Source: an uncultured Gammaproteobacteria bacterium (lineage in GTDB: Bacteria > Patescibacteriota > Microgenomatia > Levybacterales > UBA12049). From it: a DNA stretch of 64,000 nucleotides. The first letter of the stretch is position 1. The number at the start of each line of letters is the position of its first letter. The DNA is taken from positions 17,991 through 81,990 of the forward strand of contig CAYWEJ010000001.1 of NCBI GenBank assembly GCA_964457465.1. Reading direction: 5' to 3'. Below the pieces are notes generated by a model. That model did not search any database. It was not told the DNA's origin and saw only the letters and a list, made by a program, of their open reading frames with translations. Of the stretch, positions 55,997-64,000 are shown piece after piece. Made by a program: the position numbers and the translations under genes.

Positions 55997-57874
55997 ATGC
56001 CAAAAAAATCTTCAAAAAAATTTCATTTGAAAAATATAAAAAAACCAGCGATTATCTCTGCCGTGGTGTTATTGGTAATTTTTATTGGGGTTATTCTACC
56101 TGTTATTTCTGTTGCTAAGTCAGCAAAGAAAACATATCTTCAGTCAAAATTGCTTTCTCTTGCAATTAAGCAACAAAACATAGAGGCGGCATCTACTGAG
56201 CTTGTTAAGACACAGGCAGCTCTCCAGGATACTAAAAAGAAGATGGGAATGATATTTTATTTTCATTTTATCCCAGTTGTTAATTTTTATTACAACGACG
56301 CAATTCACATTGTTAATGCTGGAGAAGAAGGTCTTAAGGCTGGTTCAACAGTCATCGAGTCACTTAAGCCATATGCAGATGTATTAGGTTTAAAGGGGCA
56401 AGGGACTTTTGTTGGAGGATCTGCAGAGGAACGAATTAAAACTGCCGTTTTATCAATGGGGCATATTACGCCAAAAATTGATGAAATTGCTGATCGACTT
56501 ATCAAAGTGAGGGCAGAGGTTGACAAGATTGACGCACGGCACTATCCTGCTTTTCTTTTCGGAAAGAAGTTGCGTAATCAAATAAATCAACTAAAAGAGT
56601 TAACTGATCAAGGAGTTTCATTTGTTGATGAAGCTCGGCCTTTAGTTAAGGTATTTCCAGAGCTCCTCGGCGAGAACGAGGAAAAAAGATACCTTGTTCT
56701 TTTCCAGAATGATAAAGAATTGAGGCCAACAGGTGGTTTTATTACCGCATATGCTGTATTTAGGCTTGATAAAGGTGTAATTCATCTTGATTCTTCAAAT
56801 GATATTTATCCACTTGATGATTCAATTCCAAACAAGCCTGCAGCTCCTGCTCCTATTAGAAAATATCTCCCAAAAGTGTACTCATTCAATTTAAGGGATA
56901 GCAATCTTTCTCCTGATTTTATTGAGTCTATGAAAACTTTCAATCAGATGTACAATAAGGCATCTGGACGAGCTGATGTTGATGGTATCATTGCTATCGA
57001 CACTAATGTTCTGACCTCGACTATTAAAATACTCGATGATCAAATTGTGGTAGGTGGCCAAACATTCACTACAAAGCCTGATAGTAGATGTGGGGGATGT
57101 GCACAAGTGATTTATGAACTTGAAAATAGCATCTCTCGACCTGTAAATTATGTCAAGACAGATAGGAAAGGGTTATTGGGGGATATGCTCTCAGCGCTCA
57201 TGAGTAAAGCTTTGTCATCATCTCCAAAAATTTACTGGGGTCCTCTGTTTCAGTCATTCCTAAGCCAAACTCATGAAAAGCATGTATTATTTTATCTTTT
57301 TGATGAGGATGCTCAAAGTGGCATAGAAGCATTAAAAGCTGCAGGGAGAATAGAAAAGTTCGATGGAGACTATCTTCATATTAATGAAGCAAATTTTGGA
57401 GGAGCTAAATCAAATCTGTTTGTTGATGAAGCCGTTGAGAATTCGTATGTGACAAAGTCTGATGGCACAATTACCAAGACGGTTACTATTAATTACAACA
57501 ACCCTCAGCCACCATCGGATTGTAATTTAGAGCGTGGTGGACTATGTCTTAATGCAGAGCTTCGAGACTGGATTCGTATTTACGTTCCTAAAGGAAGTGT
57601 TTTAAAAGACAGTAGTGGTTCTGAGGTAAAGATGACAACCTCTGAAGAATTTGGTAAAACTGTTTTTGAAGGATTTTTGACAGTCAGACCTTTAGGGAAA
57701 AAAACATTTACCATCACCTATACACTTCCATTTAAGGTAAAAAATTCTCAGTTGCCAGTTCTCATTCAGAAGCAGCCTGGACCAGCAGGATTTCCCTACG
57801 TAGTTAAAGTTAATGGAAGAACCGTTGAAAAATTCGATCTTACAACAGATAAAGAAATTAAGCTCCGAGTCTAA
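55997..57874 (+). CDS. DUF4012-like exported or membrane-anchored protein
   Basis: In-frame ATG preceded by AGGAG. N-terminal TM helix. 'RYLVLFQNDKELRPTGGFITAYAVFRLDKG' resembles the conserved core of DUF4012 proteins, recalled from memory. Directly downstream of the PglC-like gene. Confidence 0.45.
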   Translation: MPKKSSKKFHLKNIKKPAIISAVVLLVIFIGVILPVISVAKSAKKTYLQSKLLSLAIKQQNIEAASTELVKTQAALQDTKKKMGMIFYFHFIPVVNFYYNDAIHIVNAGEEGLKAGSTVIESLKPYADVLGLKGQGTFVGGSAEERIKTAVLSMGHITPKIDEIADRLIKVRAEVDKIDARHYPAFLFGKKLRNQINQLKELTDQGVSFVDEARPLVKVFPELLGENEEKRYLVLFQNDKELRPTGGFITAYAVFRLDKGVIHLDSSNDIYPLDDSIPNKPAAPAPIRKYLPKVYSFNLRDSNLSPDFIESMKTFNQMYNKASGRADVDGIIAIDTNVLTSTIKILDDQIVVGGQTFTTKPDSRCGGCAQVIYELENSISRPVNYVKTDRKGLLGDMLSALMSKALSSSPKIYWGPLFQSFLSQTHEKHVLFYLFDEDAQSGIEALKAAGRIEKFDGDYLHINEANFGGAKSNLFVDEAVENSYVTKSDGTITKTVTINYNNPQPPSDCNLERGGLCLNAELRDWIRIYVPKGSVLKDSSGSEVKMTTSEEFGKTVFEGFLTVRPLGKKTFTITYTLPFKVKNSQLPVLIQKQPGPAGFPYVVKVNGRTVEKFDLTTDKEIKLRV

Positions 57875-58428
57875 TGGTAAGAAATATTACCACTCCTGGA
57901 ATAGTTATCAAGAGGCGCAACGCGGGTGAAGCAGATAGAGTTATAACTGCATACACGAAAGATTTTGGTAAAATAGTTCTTAAGGCTAAGGGTGTTAGGC
58001 GTATTACCAGTAGAAGAAGTTCCCACATCGAGCTGCTTAATTATGCACAAATTTCTTTTTACAAAGGTTCACATACACCTGTACTCACCGAGGCTCAGAT
58101 GGTGAATAGTTTTTCACATATCAAAGATGATCTCTACAAAACAGGACTTGCTTACCACATTTGTGAACTTGTTGATGGGCTCTGTCCTGAAGGGCAGGAG
58201 CAGCAGTCAGTTTTTGAACTTCTCAAAAATGTATTAAATGATATTGCTGCGGCAAAAAAGGAAGAACTTGTTGTTATCACTCATAATTTTGAGGTTGAAC
58301 TCCTTTCACTTCTTGGTTATTGGCACAAAGATGCAAAAGATTTTTCAGATATTGATACGCTAGAATTTATCGAAGGAATTTTGGAGAGAAAATTGAAAAG
58401 TCATAAAATCTTTGCAAAATTAAGCTAA
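57874..58428 (+). CDS. recO: DNA repair protein RecO (short form, 184 aa)
   Basis: The N-terminal OB-fold 'GIVIKRRNAGEADRVITAYTKDFGKIVLKAKGVRR' aligns to RecO N-termini. 'ELLSLLGYW' matches the helical region. The zinc-binding C-terminus is absent. Confidence 0.6.
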   Translation: MVRNITTPGIVIKRRNAGEADRVITAYTKDFGKIVLKAKGVRRITSRRSSHIELLNYAQISFYKGSHTPVLTEAQMVNSFSHIKDDLYKTGLAYHICELVDGLCPEGQEQQSVFELLKNVLNDIAAAKKEELVVITHNFEVELLSLLGYWHKDAKDFSDIDTLEFIEGILERKLKSHKIFAKLS

Positions 58429-58468
58429 CTCTCTTCACGCCTCATCAAATTTCTGCTATTATTGCCTC

Positions 58469-59938
58469 ATGAGTGAGAATAAAATGGATTTGCTTCAAGC
58501 ACTGTTTAAAAGACGAGGTTTTGTGTATCCTGGATCTGAGTTGTATGGTGGCGTTGCCAACACCTATGACTATGGACCAGTAGGCACAGAGCTACTTCGT
58601 AATATCAAAAATCTATGGTGGAAGTATTTTGTCCAAAAAAGAGATGATATTGTTGGGTTAGATGCAAGTCTAATATCTCATCATAGAGTGTGGGAAGCAT
58701 CGGGTCATGTGGCAGGATTTGCGGATGCCTTAGTTGATTGCAAGAGCTGTAGAACAAGAATAAGAGCTGATCATTTGATTGAAGAGTATATTGATTCACA
58801 TAAGGATGAATTAGTAGGAAGCGCTCGCAGGTCTGATTATATTGAAGATCCCTTAACAGTAGACTTGATCGAGAAGGTTACAGAAACAGGAAAAGTTGAA
58901 GGGCTTTCTGTTCAGCAGTTAAACGCATTAATCAAAATGTTTAGTATTCCGTGTCCCAACTGTTCGGAGTTTGCTTGGACAGATGTTCGGAGGTTTAACC
59001 AGCTTTTTCCTGTTCAATTGGGTATTATCGAAGGAGAACAAGGGATGGCATTTCTCCGAGGAGAGACGGCACAAGGTATGTTTGTAGCTTTTGATAATAT
59101 CGTTAACTCAACGCGAGTCAGATTGCCTTTTGGTATTGCACAGGTTGGAAAAAGTTTTCGAAATGAAATAACGCTTGGCAACTCTGTTTTTCGAACCATT
59201 GAATTTGAGCAAGCTGAGATCGAATATTTCTTCGACCATACTAAAAATAATTGGGAAGAGTTATTTACTCAGTGGAAAGACTTAATGTGGAAGTTTATCA
59301 CGCAACAGCTCGGAGTAAAAGAAGACAATTTGCGTTGGAGGGAGCATAGTGACGAGGAGCGATCATTTTATAGCAAAAGGACAGAAGATATGGAGTACAA
59401 TTTCCCTTTTGGATTCAAAGAGCTTTGGGGGCTTGCATATAGAACGGATTATGACCTTAGTCAGCATGAGGAGTATTCTGGTAAAGAGCTCACCATAACC
59501 GATCCTGAGACCAATCAAAAGATAAAGCCTCATGTTATCGAGCCTGCTGTAGGCATTAACAGACTATTTCTCATGGTATTGGCTGATGCCTACTCTGTAG
59601 AAGGTGAAAGAGTGGTTTTGAAGCTAGCTCCTCGTCTTGCTCCATACAAGGTTGCAGTTTTTCCACTACTTAAAAACAAGCTTGAACTTGTCCAGAAAGC
59701 AAAACAAGTATACACTCACTTGAAAGATCAGATTGATGGAGTGGTTGTATGGGATGATAGAGGAAATATCGGCAAGAGATATTTATCGCAAGATGAGATT
59801 GGTACACCTTTCTGTGTTACAGTTGATTTTGATTCATTAAACGATGATACAGTTACTCTTCGCGATAGAGATACAGCGCAACAGGAGAGAATAAAAATAT
59901 CAGACCTTTCAAGGATTATTCAGGATAAAATTAGTTAA
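58469..59938 (+). CDS. glyQS: glycine--tRNA ligase (dimeric alpha2 type)
   Basis: 'LQALFKRRGFVYPGSELYGGVANTYDYGPVGTELLRNIKNLWW' is a canonical GlyRS N-terminus. 489 aa. Confidence 0.85.
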   Translation: MSENKMDLLQALFKRRGFVYPGSELYGGVANTYDYGPVGTELLRNIKNLWWKYFVQKRDDIVGLDASLISHHRVWEASGHVAGFADALVDCKSCRTRIRADHLIEEYIDSHKDELVGSARRSDYIEDPLTVDLIEKVTETGKVEGLSVQQLNALIKMFSIPCPNCSEFAWTDVRRFNQLFPVQLGIIEGEQGMAFLRGETAQGMFVAFDNIVNSTRVRLPFGIAQVGKSFRNEITLGNSVFRTIEFEQAEIEYFFDHTKNNWEELFTQWKDLMWKFITQQLGVKEDNLRWREHSDEERSFYSKRTEDMEYNFPFGFKELWGLAYRTDYDLSQHEEYSGKELTITDPETNQKIKPHVIEPAVGINRLFLMVLADAYSVEGERVVLKLAPRLAPYKVAVFPLLKNKLELVQKAKQVYTHLKDQIDGVVVWDDRGNIGKRYLSQDEIGTPFCVTVDFDSLNDDTVTLRDRDTAQQERIKISDLSRIIQDKIS

Positions 59939-61505
59939 CCCCACGTTGATAAATAACGCCATCTGCAGATATTGGATATTTTCCAGTAATACATCCTCCA
60001 CATTCTCCATTGTGGAGAAATATCTCTCTTACATCTTTTGGAGTTATTATTTCGCCACTTTCCTTTCTAGCTTTTATAAAATCATGAGGGGTAATAAAAG
60101 TAACACTATCTGCTCCTATTGCTTCTGCAATTTTAATTGGATCACCGCCACACATAGCAGCAATTAGCTCCTCTCTTGTTCTCATACTAACACCTAAATG
60201 GCATGTATGTTGAACTGGTGGAAAACCAACAGCCCAGTGTACTTCTGCTGCTCCAACAGCAAAAAGAGCTTTAGTAATTGCTTTTGCTACCTTTGATCTA
60301 ACAATAGTGTCATCGCCTAATATGATCTTTTTTTCTTTAAAAGCTTCTCCAGGAACAAGTGATAGTTTGACAAGAACTTTTCTTTCTATGCTTTCCATAT
60401 CGTCATCTCCCTGGAAAAGTCTTCTATCTGATTCTTGATCATAATGATCTCTAATAATAAGAGGTCTGTATGGAATTCCTGCACCTATCGCAACACCTGC
60501 TGCAAATGGCACACCAGAGTCAGGAATTCCAATGACATAGTCTGCTTTCTGAAAGTCAGGATTGCCTTTTGCAACAGCGATTCCTGCCCTCTCTCTTGCT
60601 TCGTAATTTGATAACCATCTTTCAGGATGATAACTGTCATCTGGAGCCTCAAATGTGGGCGATTGAGAGGTTGGGTCACCAAAATAGCTTACTTCAAAAC
60701 TGCAAAAATTTCCTTGTCCCTCTAGCCCCTCTCTAAGCGTCGTGATGCCTGTTTTATCTATTCGTAAGATCTCATTTCGTAAGATTTCTCTTTCAGGTGT
60801 GGATCCTATTTTTTTTAATGCACGAGTTTCAGAAGTGGCAATCCATCCATCTTGGAGTTTCCCAAGCACAAATGGTCTAATACCAAAGCTGTCTCTAGCT
60901 AGGTACAGTTTGTCTTGATAGCCAATCGCCAGGCTGTAAGCACCGTTGGCTCCATCTAGCTCGTCAAGTGATCTAACTATCTTTTCATCCATTGTTTCTC
61001 CATTAATCCCTGCAAGATAGTGAGCGTAGAGAAGGGTATCACTAATATCTTCAGGAAATGTTTCACCTGTCTGGTTCTCTATCTTTTCTCTCAAGCCATC
61101 AGTTGCAACAAATTGCCCGTTATGAATTATGGTAATAGGATTTTTCGTCCCCTTTTCATGAACTATAGCAGGCTGAAAGTTTATAGGATTGTAGCCACCA
61201 TTTGTGCCATAGCGTGTATGGATCAAGAACCATCCTTGAGGGTTGTCTTCAGTAAAGGTTGAGACTGTCTGGTTAGTAAAAACATCTCTTAGTAGTCCTG
61301 AACCAACATAATGTCTGTATCCCTCAAAAGTTGGATATGCGATGCCTGCACCAAGTTGACCACGATGTTGTACGCCGGTTGCTGCCTGCAGACCAAGTCT
61401 AACTGCGTGAGGAGTGTCAATGCTTGGGAGGTAGAGTGCTACGAGACCGCATGCTTCTTGAACCGGCTCATCTTCTACATATTGCGATCTCTCAGATTCT
61501 GACAT
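59931..61505 (-). CDS. purF: amidophosphoribosyltransferase-like protein (class II glutamine amidotransferase plus phosphoribosyltransferase)
   Basis: An N-terminal propeptide precedes the catalytic Cys ('...EACGLVALY'). PRPP-binding 'KIILGDDTIVRSKVAKAI'. C-terminal Cys cluster 'CGGC'. The 3' end overlaps glyQS by 8 nt in convergent orientation. Confidence 0.65.
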   Translation of the reverse strand: MSESERSQYVEDEPVQEACGLVALYLPSIDTPHAVRLGLQAATGVQHRGQLGAGIAYPTFEGYRHYVGSGLLRDVFTNQTVSTFTEDNPQGWFLIHTRYGTNGGYNPINFQPAIVHEKGTKNPITIIHNGQFVATDGLREKIENQTGETFPEDISDTLLYAHYLAGINGETMDEKIVRSLDELDGANGAYSLAIGYQDKLYLARDSFGIRPFVLGKLQDGWIATSETRALKKIGSTPEREILRNEILRIDKTGITTLREGLEGQGNFCSFEVSYFGDPTSQSPTFEAPDDSYHPERWLSNYEARERAGIAVAKGNPDFQKADYVIGIPDSGVPFAAGVAIGAGIPYRPLIIRDHYDQESDRRLFQGDDDMESIERKVLVKLSLVPGEAFKEKKIILGDDTIVRSKVAKAITKALFAVGAAEVHWAVGFPPVQHTCHLGVSMRTREELIAAMCGGDPIKIAEAIGADSVTFITPHDFIKARKESGEIITPKDVREIFLHNGECGGCITGKYPISADGVIYQRGVN

Positions 61506-61554
61506 TTCTCAGCATACCAACCATACAAGATGCGTGCGGTGATTGCAAGCGGTA

Positions 61555-61584
61555 TTGACAAAATGTAACAAATATGACGATAAT
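61555..61584 (+). promoter_or_regulatory. candidate sigma70-type promoter TTGACA - N18 - GATAAT, placing the TSS at or near the in-frame GTG at 61591 (leaderless)
   Basis: Read directly: 'ttgacaaaatgtaacaaatatgacgataattttgtaGTG'. Confidence 0.4.
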
Positions 61585-61590
61585 TTTGTA

Positions 61591-62091
61591 GTGAAGAACA
61601 AACAATTGCTTATCGTAGGAGTTGTAGTACTCCTTTTAGTCGTAGGAGGAGGATTCTTTTTTGTTCGAAATTCTCATCAAGATGATGAGGTAGAAAATAC
61701 CCAGACTTTTGAAGAAGATGCGATAAGCGTTTCTCCTGAGGAAGTTGGTTTGAAGTTAACAACAAAGAACAACAAAAGAGAGATAAAATTCTCAGTTAGC
61801 GCTTTGAAAGACGTTAAGACCATAGAGTGGGATTTTACCTATGATGCAGATATTCCGCCAGAATACCAAGAGGAGGGTGGCTCGGGCAAGGTGACACAAA
61901 GATTTGGTAGCAGTGAGCCTGTCGATGTTGCTGGTAAGTCATCATATGAGTCACAGTACCGTGAGATTGGCACATGCTCAAGTGGCCGTTGTAGGTTTGA
62001 TACAGGTGTTGAAGAGATACATTTTGTTCTTAAAATGGTGAAGACTGATGGTAAGAACTACCAAGTGGAAGATTCTATCAGCCTCGAATAG
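61591..62091 (+). CDS. hypothetical signal-anchored exported protein
   Basis: In-frame GTG start. The ORF-track TTG start at 61543 lies upstream of the promoter. 'MKNKQLLIVGVVVLLLVVGGGFFFV' is a signal anchor. The C-terminal region has 'CSSGRC'. No recognisable domain. Confidence 0.35.
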   Translation: MKNKQLLIVGVVVLLLVVGGGFFFVRNSHQDDEVENTQTFEEDAISVSPEEVGLKLTTKNNKREIKFSVSALKDVKTIEWDFTYDADIPPEYQEEGGSGKVTQRFGSSEPVDVAGKSSYESQYREIGTCSSGRCRFDTGVEEIHFVLKMVKTDGKNYQVEDSISLE

Positions 62092-62137
62092 TCCTCATTT
62101 TTTCCTTTCCTAATTTATTTTTTCGTATTATTTTGGC

Positions 62138-62143
62138 TTGACA
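62138..62143 (+). promoter_or_regulatory. TTGACA -35-like hexamer of the putative mraZ promoter
   Basis: Exact consensus hexamer about 90 nt upstream of the mraZ ATG. The -10 is not convincingly identified. Confidence 0.3.
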
Positions 62144-62173
62144 AGTCAGTAAAATTCAGTCATGATTACTAAA

Positions 62174-62200
62174 TAGTGATTATTAGTGATTTGTAGTGAA
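62174..62200 (+). promoter_or_regulatory. three direct repeats TAGTGAT / TAGTGAT / TAGTGAA at exactly 10-bp spacing: candidate MraZ operator
   Basis: Read directly: 'aaaTAGTGATtatTAGTGATttgTAGTGAAttc'. It lies 32 nt upstream of the mraZ start codon. MraZ proteins are known to bind phased direct repeats in their own promoter region. Confidence 0.5.
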
Positions 62201-62231
62201 TTCTGTAATCACGTCTGCTCATTTACAAGTT

Positions 62232-62669
62232 ATGCTTTTAGGTCAAGTCGAGTCAAAGCTTAGTCAGCAATTCCAGACGGCATTCCCAAAAAAATTTAGG
62301 GATGAACTCGGAAACAGAATTATTATCACGAAAGGGATAGACAAGTGCTTACTTGCTGTGTCTGAACAAAATTGGGAAACATTATTAGAGGGGACAAGAG
62401 AGATGCCATTTCTTGATAAAGCGACAAGAGAACTGCAAAGATATCTTTTTGGAAGTGCTGATGTAATAAAAATAGACAAACAAGGAAGGTTTTTTATGCC
62501 TGAGTATTTAAGAGTATATGCAAATATGTCACGAGAAATAGTATTTGTTGGAGTTCAAAGATATGTTGAGATTTGGGATTTGAATTTATGGGAAAGTCAT
62601 CAAAAAAGCATAGCAAATAGCATTGAGTTACTCACTATAAATCTGTCCAAAACTAAAGGACATGAATAA
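62232..62669 (+). CDS. mraZ: transcriptional regulator MraZ
   Basis: In-frame ATG. 'MLLGQVES...AFPKKFRDELGNRIIITKGIDKCLL' and a second-half 'IDKQGRFFMPEYLR' (DxxGR motif), 146 aa. Aligns to B. subtilis MraZ. The first DxxGR motif is degenerate. Confidence 0.7.
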   Translation: MLLGQVESKLSQQFQTAFPKKFRDELGNRIIITKGIDKCLLAVSEQNWETLLEGTREMPFLDKATRELQRYLFGSADVIKIDKQGRFFMPEYLRVYANMSREIVFVGVQRYVEIWDLNLWESHQKSIANSIELLTINLSKTKGHE

Positions 62670-63531
62670 TTATCATATATCAGTTCTTTTACAAGAAGTA
62701 CTTCAATACCTGAAAGTAACGAAAGGTGAAGATTATATTGACTGCACCCTGGGTGGAGGAGGTCATACTATTGCAATAGCAAAGCTTGGGGGAAGAGTTT
62801 TATCACTTGATGTAGATCAAGATGCTATAGATCATGTTGAGAAGCTGATTGAGAAGTCGTTGCGCGTTGATATAGTCAGAGAAAATTTTTTACATGCTGT
62901 TGACATTGCACAACAAAAAGGAATAAGCAAAGTAGCGGGAATCTTAATAGATCTTGGTGTCTCCAGCCATCAGTTTGACGAAAAGAACAGGGGATTTAGC
63001 TTTGCGAACGGGCCGCTTGATATGCGGATGGATCAAAGACTGCAAGTTCGGGCAAAAGACTTAGTGAATGGTTTGACAGAAAAAGAATTAAGACATCTTT
63101 TTGAAAAACTGGGAGAAGAGCGATTTGCAAAGAAAATTGCGAAAGTAATAGTCGAGAAAAGGAAAGAGGGCCAAATTGAGACAACAGAAGAGCTTGCAAA
63201 TCTTATCAAGGGATCAGTCTTTCGTTCTGAGCATGATATTCATCCTGCAACTCGAATTTTTCAGGCTTTAAGAATAGCGGTAAATGATGAATTGAATATT
63301 CTTGAAGAGACAATTCCAAAGATGGTATCACTTCTCAAGCCTGGGGGGAGATTGGTTATCATCTCATTCCATTCTTTAGAAGATAGAATCGTTAAAAAAT
63401 CGTTCGAACAACTCGAACAAGAGAATAAAGGAAAAATAGTCACTAAAAAACCAGTTCAAGCATCAGAAGAAGAAGTACTTTTTAATAAAAGAGCGAGAAG
63501 CGCAAAGCTGCGTGTTTTTGAAAAAATATGA
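62662..63531 (+). CDS. rsmH: 16S rRNA (cytosine1402-N4)-methyltransferase
   Basis: 'HISVLLQEVL', 'CTLGGGGH', 'LDVDQDAI' and 'IDLGVSSHQFD' (MraW signature). Confidence 0.85.
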   Translation: MNNYHISVLLQEVLQYLKVTKGEDYIDCTLGGGGHTIAIAKLGGRVLSLDVDQDAIDHVEKLIEKSLRVDIVRENFLHAVDIAQQKGISKVAGILIDLGVSSHQFDEKNRGFSFANGPLDMRMDQRLQVRAKDLVNGLTEKELRHLFEKLGEERFAKKIAKVIVEKRKEGQIETTEELANLIKGSVFRSEHDIHPATRIFQALRIAVNDELNILEETIPKMVSLLKPGGRLVIISFHSLEDRIVKKSFEQLEQENKGKIVTKKPVQASEEEVLFNKRARSAKLRVFEKI

Positions 63532-63809
63532 AAAAACCAGTTATTTTTATAGTTATCAATATTGCGATTATTGTCGGACTTTCAATAGTTCAGGTCGTCG
63601 TTGCAAATGGTATTTCAACATCAGGAATTGAGTTGAGTAAGGTGCAGCAGCAGATTGGTGAATTAAAAAGATCAAATGCTATGCTTCATGAGCAGATACT
63701 GACTGCATCATCGCTAACATCAATTGCATCAATAGCATCAAGTATGGGATTTGAGGAAGAAAAATCACCATTAGTTATATCCTCACCACTTCCTCTCGCA
63801 CGAAGATGA
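63528..63809 (+). CDS. ftsL: FtsL-like cell-division protein (single TM plus short coiled coil)
   Basis: 93 aa. An N-terminal TM helix is followed by a heptad-like region 'LSKVQQQIGELKRSNAMLHEQIL'. Sits between rsmH and the PBP gene. Confidence 0.4.
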   Translation: MKKPVIFIVINIAIIVGLSIVQVVVANGISTSGIELSKVQQQIGELKRSNAMLHEQILTASSLTSIASIASSMGFEEEKSPLVISSPLPLARR

Positions 63810-64000
63810 CATGGCGTTACCAATTTGTACTGCTCTTTTTTACCGGACTTTTTATCCTCATTTCACTGAGGCTCTTTTATTGGCAAGGGTTTAAGTCTAG
63901 CGAACTATCAGCCCTTGGTGAATCTCAGTATGGACAAAATATTAAAATAAATCCTACAAGAGGTGAAATCAAAACTTCAGATGGTTTCGCCTTAGCATCA
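63806..64000 (+). CDS. ftsI: penicillin-binding protein (FtsI/PBP2-like transpeptidase), N-terminal fragment truncated by the window end
   Basis: 'MTWRYQFVLLFFTGLFILISLRL' TM helix followed by 'INPTRGEIKTSDGFALAS' (PBP dimerisation-domain start, R-G-x-I-x-D-x-N-G type). The ATG overlaps the ftsL stop. Confidence 0.5.
   Translation, partial: MTWRYQFVLLFFTGLFILISLRLFYWQGFKSSELSALGESQYGQNIKINPTRGEIKTSDGFALAS

Noticed and set aside
230-63443. Numerous 60-110-aa ORFs in the six-frame track that lie antisense to or nested in long genes. Examples are 230-433(-), 3137-3337(-), 10045-10374(-), 12692-12997(-), 15297-15620(-), 29780-30088(-) and 60485-60682(-).
   Set aside because: All are fully contained within longer, domain-bearing ORFs on the other strand or in another frame. 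They are typical shadow ORFs of an AT-rich genome.
1-64000. Scan for CRISPR arrays, rRNA or tRNA genes, and transposase, integrase or inverted-repeat signatures of a mobile island.
   Set aside because: No regularly spaced repeat-spacer structure. Intergenic regions are mostly under 60 bp, and the two longer ones (21786-22054 and 62092-62231) lack tRNA T-loop or acceptor features. No transposase or recombinase-like ORF and no flanking direct repeats were noticed.
1-64000. Phage-defence or toxin-antitoxin systems (nucleases, helicases, ATPases, small toxin/antitoxin pairs).
   Set aside because: Every sizeable ORF could be assigned to glycosylation, membrane GT-C-like families or housekeeping functions. 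The unknown small ORFs are hydrophobic membrane peptides rather than nuclease- or ATPase-like.

Overview
The window is AT-rich (roughly one-third GC) and gene-dense, with coding almost entirely on the + strand. It appears to come from a small-genome bacterium, possibly CPR/Patescibacteria-like. That lineage guess rests only on base composition, a shortened RecO, a dimeric-type GlyRS and a minimal mraZ-rsmH-ftsL-ftsI cluster at the 3' end.

About 54 kb (positions ~2165-55883) is one continuous cell-surface glycosylation super-locus of about 48 genes, mostly translationally coupled through ATGA-type overlaps. It contains the following genes.
- At least 8 GT2 and at least 8 GT4 glycosyltransferases.
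- Three Dpm1/GtrB-type polyprenol-phosphate-sugar synthases.
- A mannose-1-phosphate guanylyltransferase (ManC-like) and a UDP-glucose 4-epimerase (GalE).
- An SDR epimerase/dehydratase, a DegT-type sugar aminotransferase, one GNAT and one hexapeptide acetyltransferase, and two SAM methyltransferases.
- A PglC-type initiating phosphoglycosyltransferase, a Wzx-like flippase, and a Wzy_C (O-antigen-ligase / PglL-like) domain fused to a second polytopic domain.
- About 15 large polytopic membrane proteins that read as GT-C-type lipid-carrier-dependent glycosyltransferases.

Those membrane proteins include three tandem ArnT/PMT-like paralogs plus a fourth copy, and four YfhO-like paralogs that share a C-terminal motif.

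The most interesting reading is an oversized, paralog-rich extracytoplasmic glycosylation machinery that uses lipid-linked donors. It resembles the GtrABC or CsbB/YfhO/GtcA systems and a pgl-like O-linked protein glycosylation route, in an organism that probably has no LPS.

Downstream are recO, glyQS, a convergent purF-like gene, a small exported hypothetical, and mraZ. Upstream of mraZ are three phased TAGTGAW direct repeats that look like an MraZ operator. Several operon heads look leaderless. No rRNA, tRNA, CRISPR array, transposase or recognisable defence genes were seen.

CDS coordinates follow the supplied ORF track, with starts re-chosen in frame where noted. Motif coordinates read by eye may be off by 1-2 nt.
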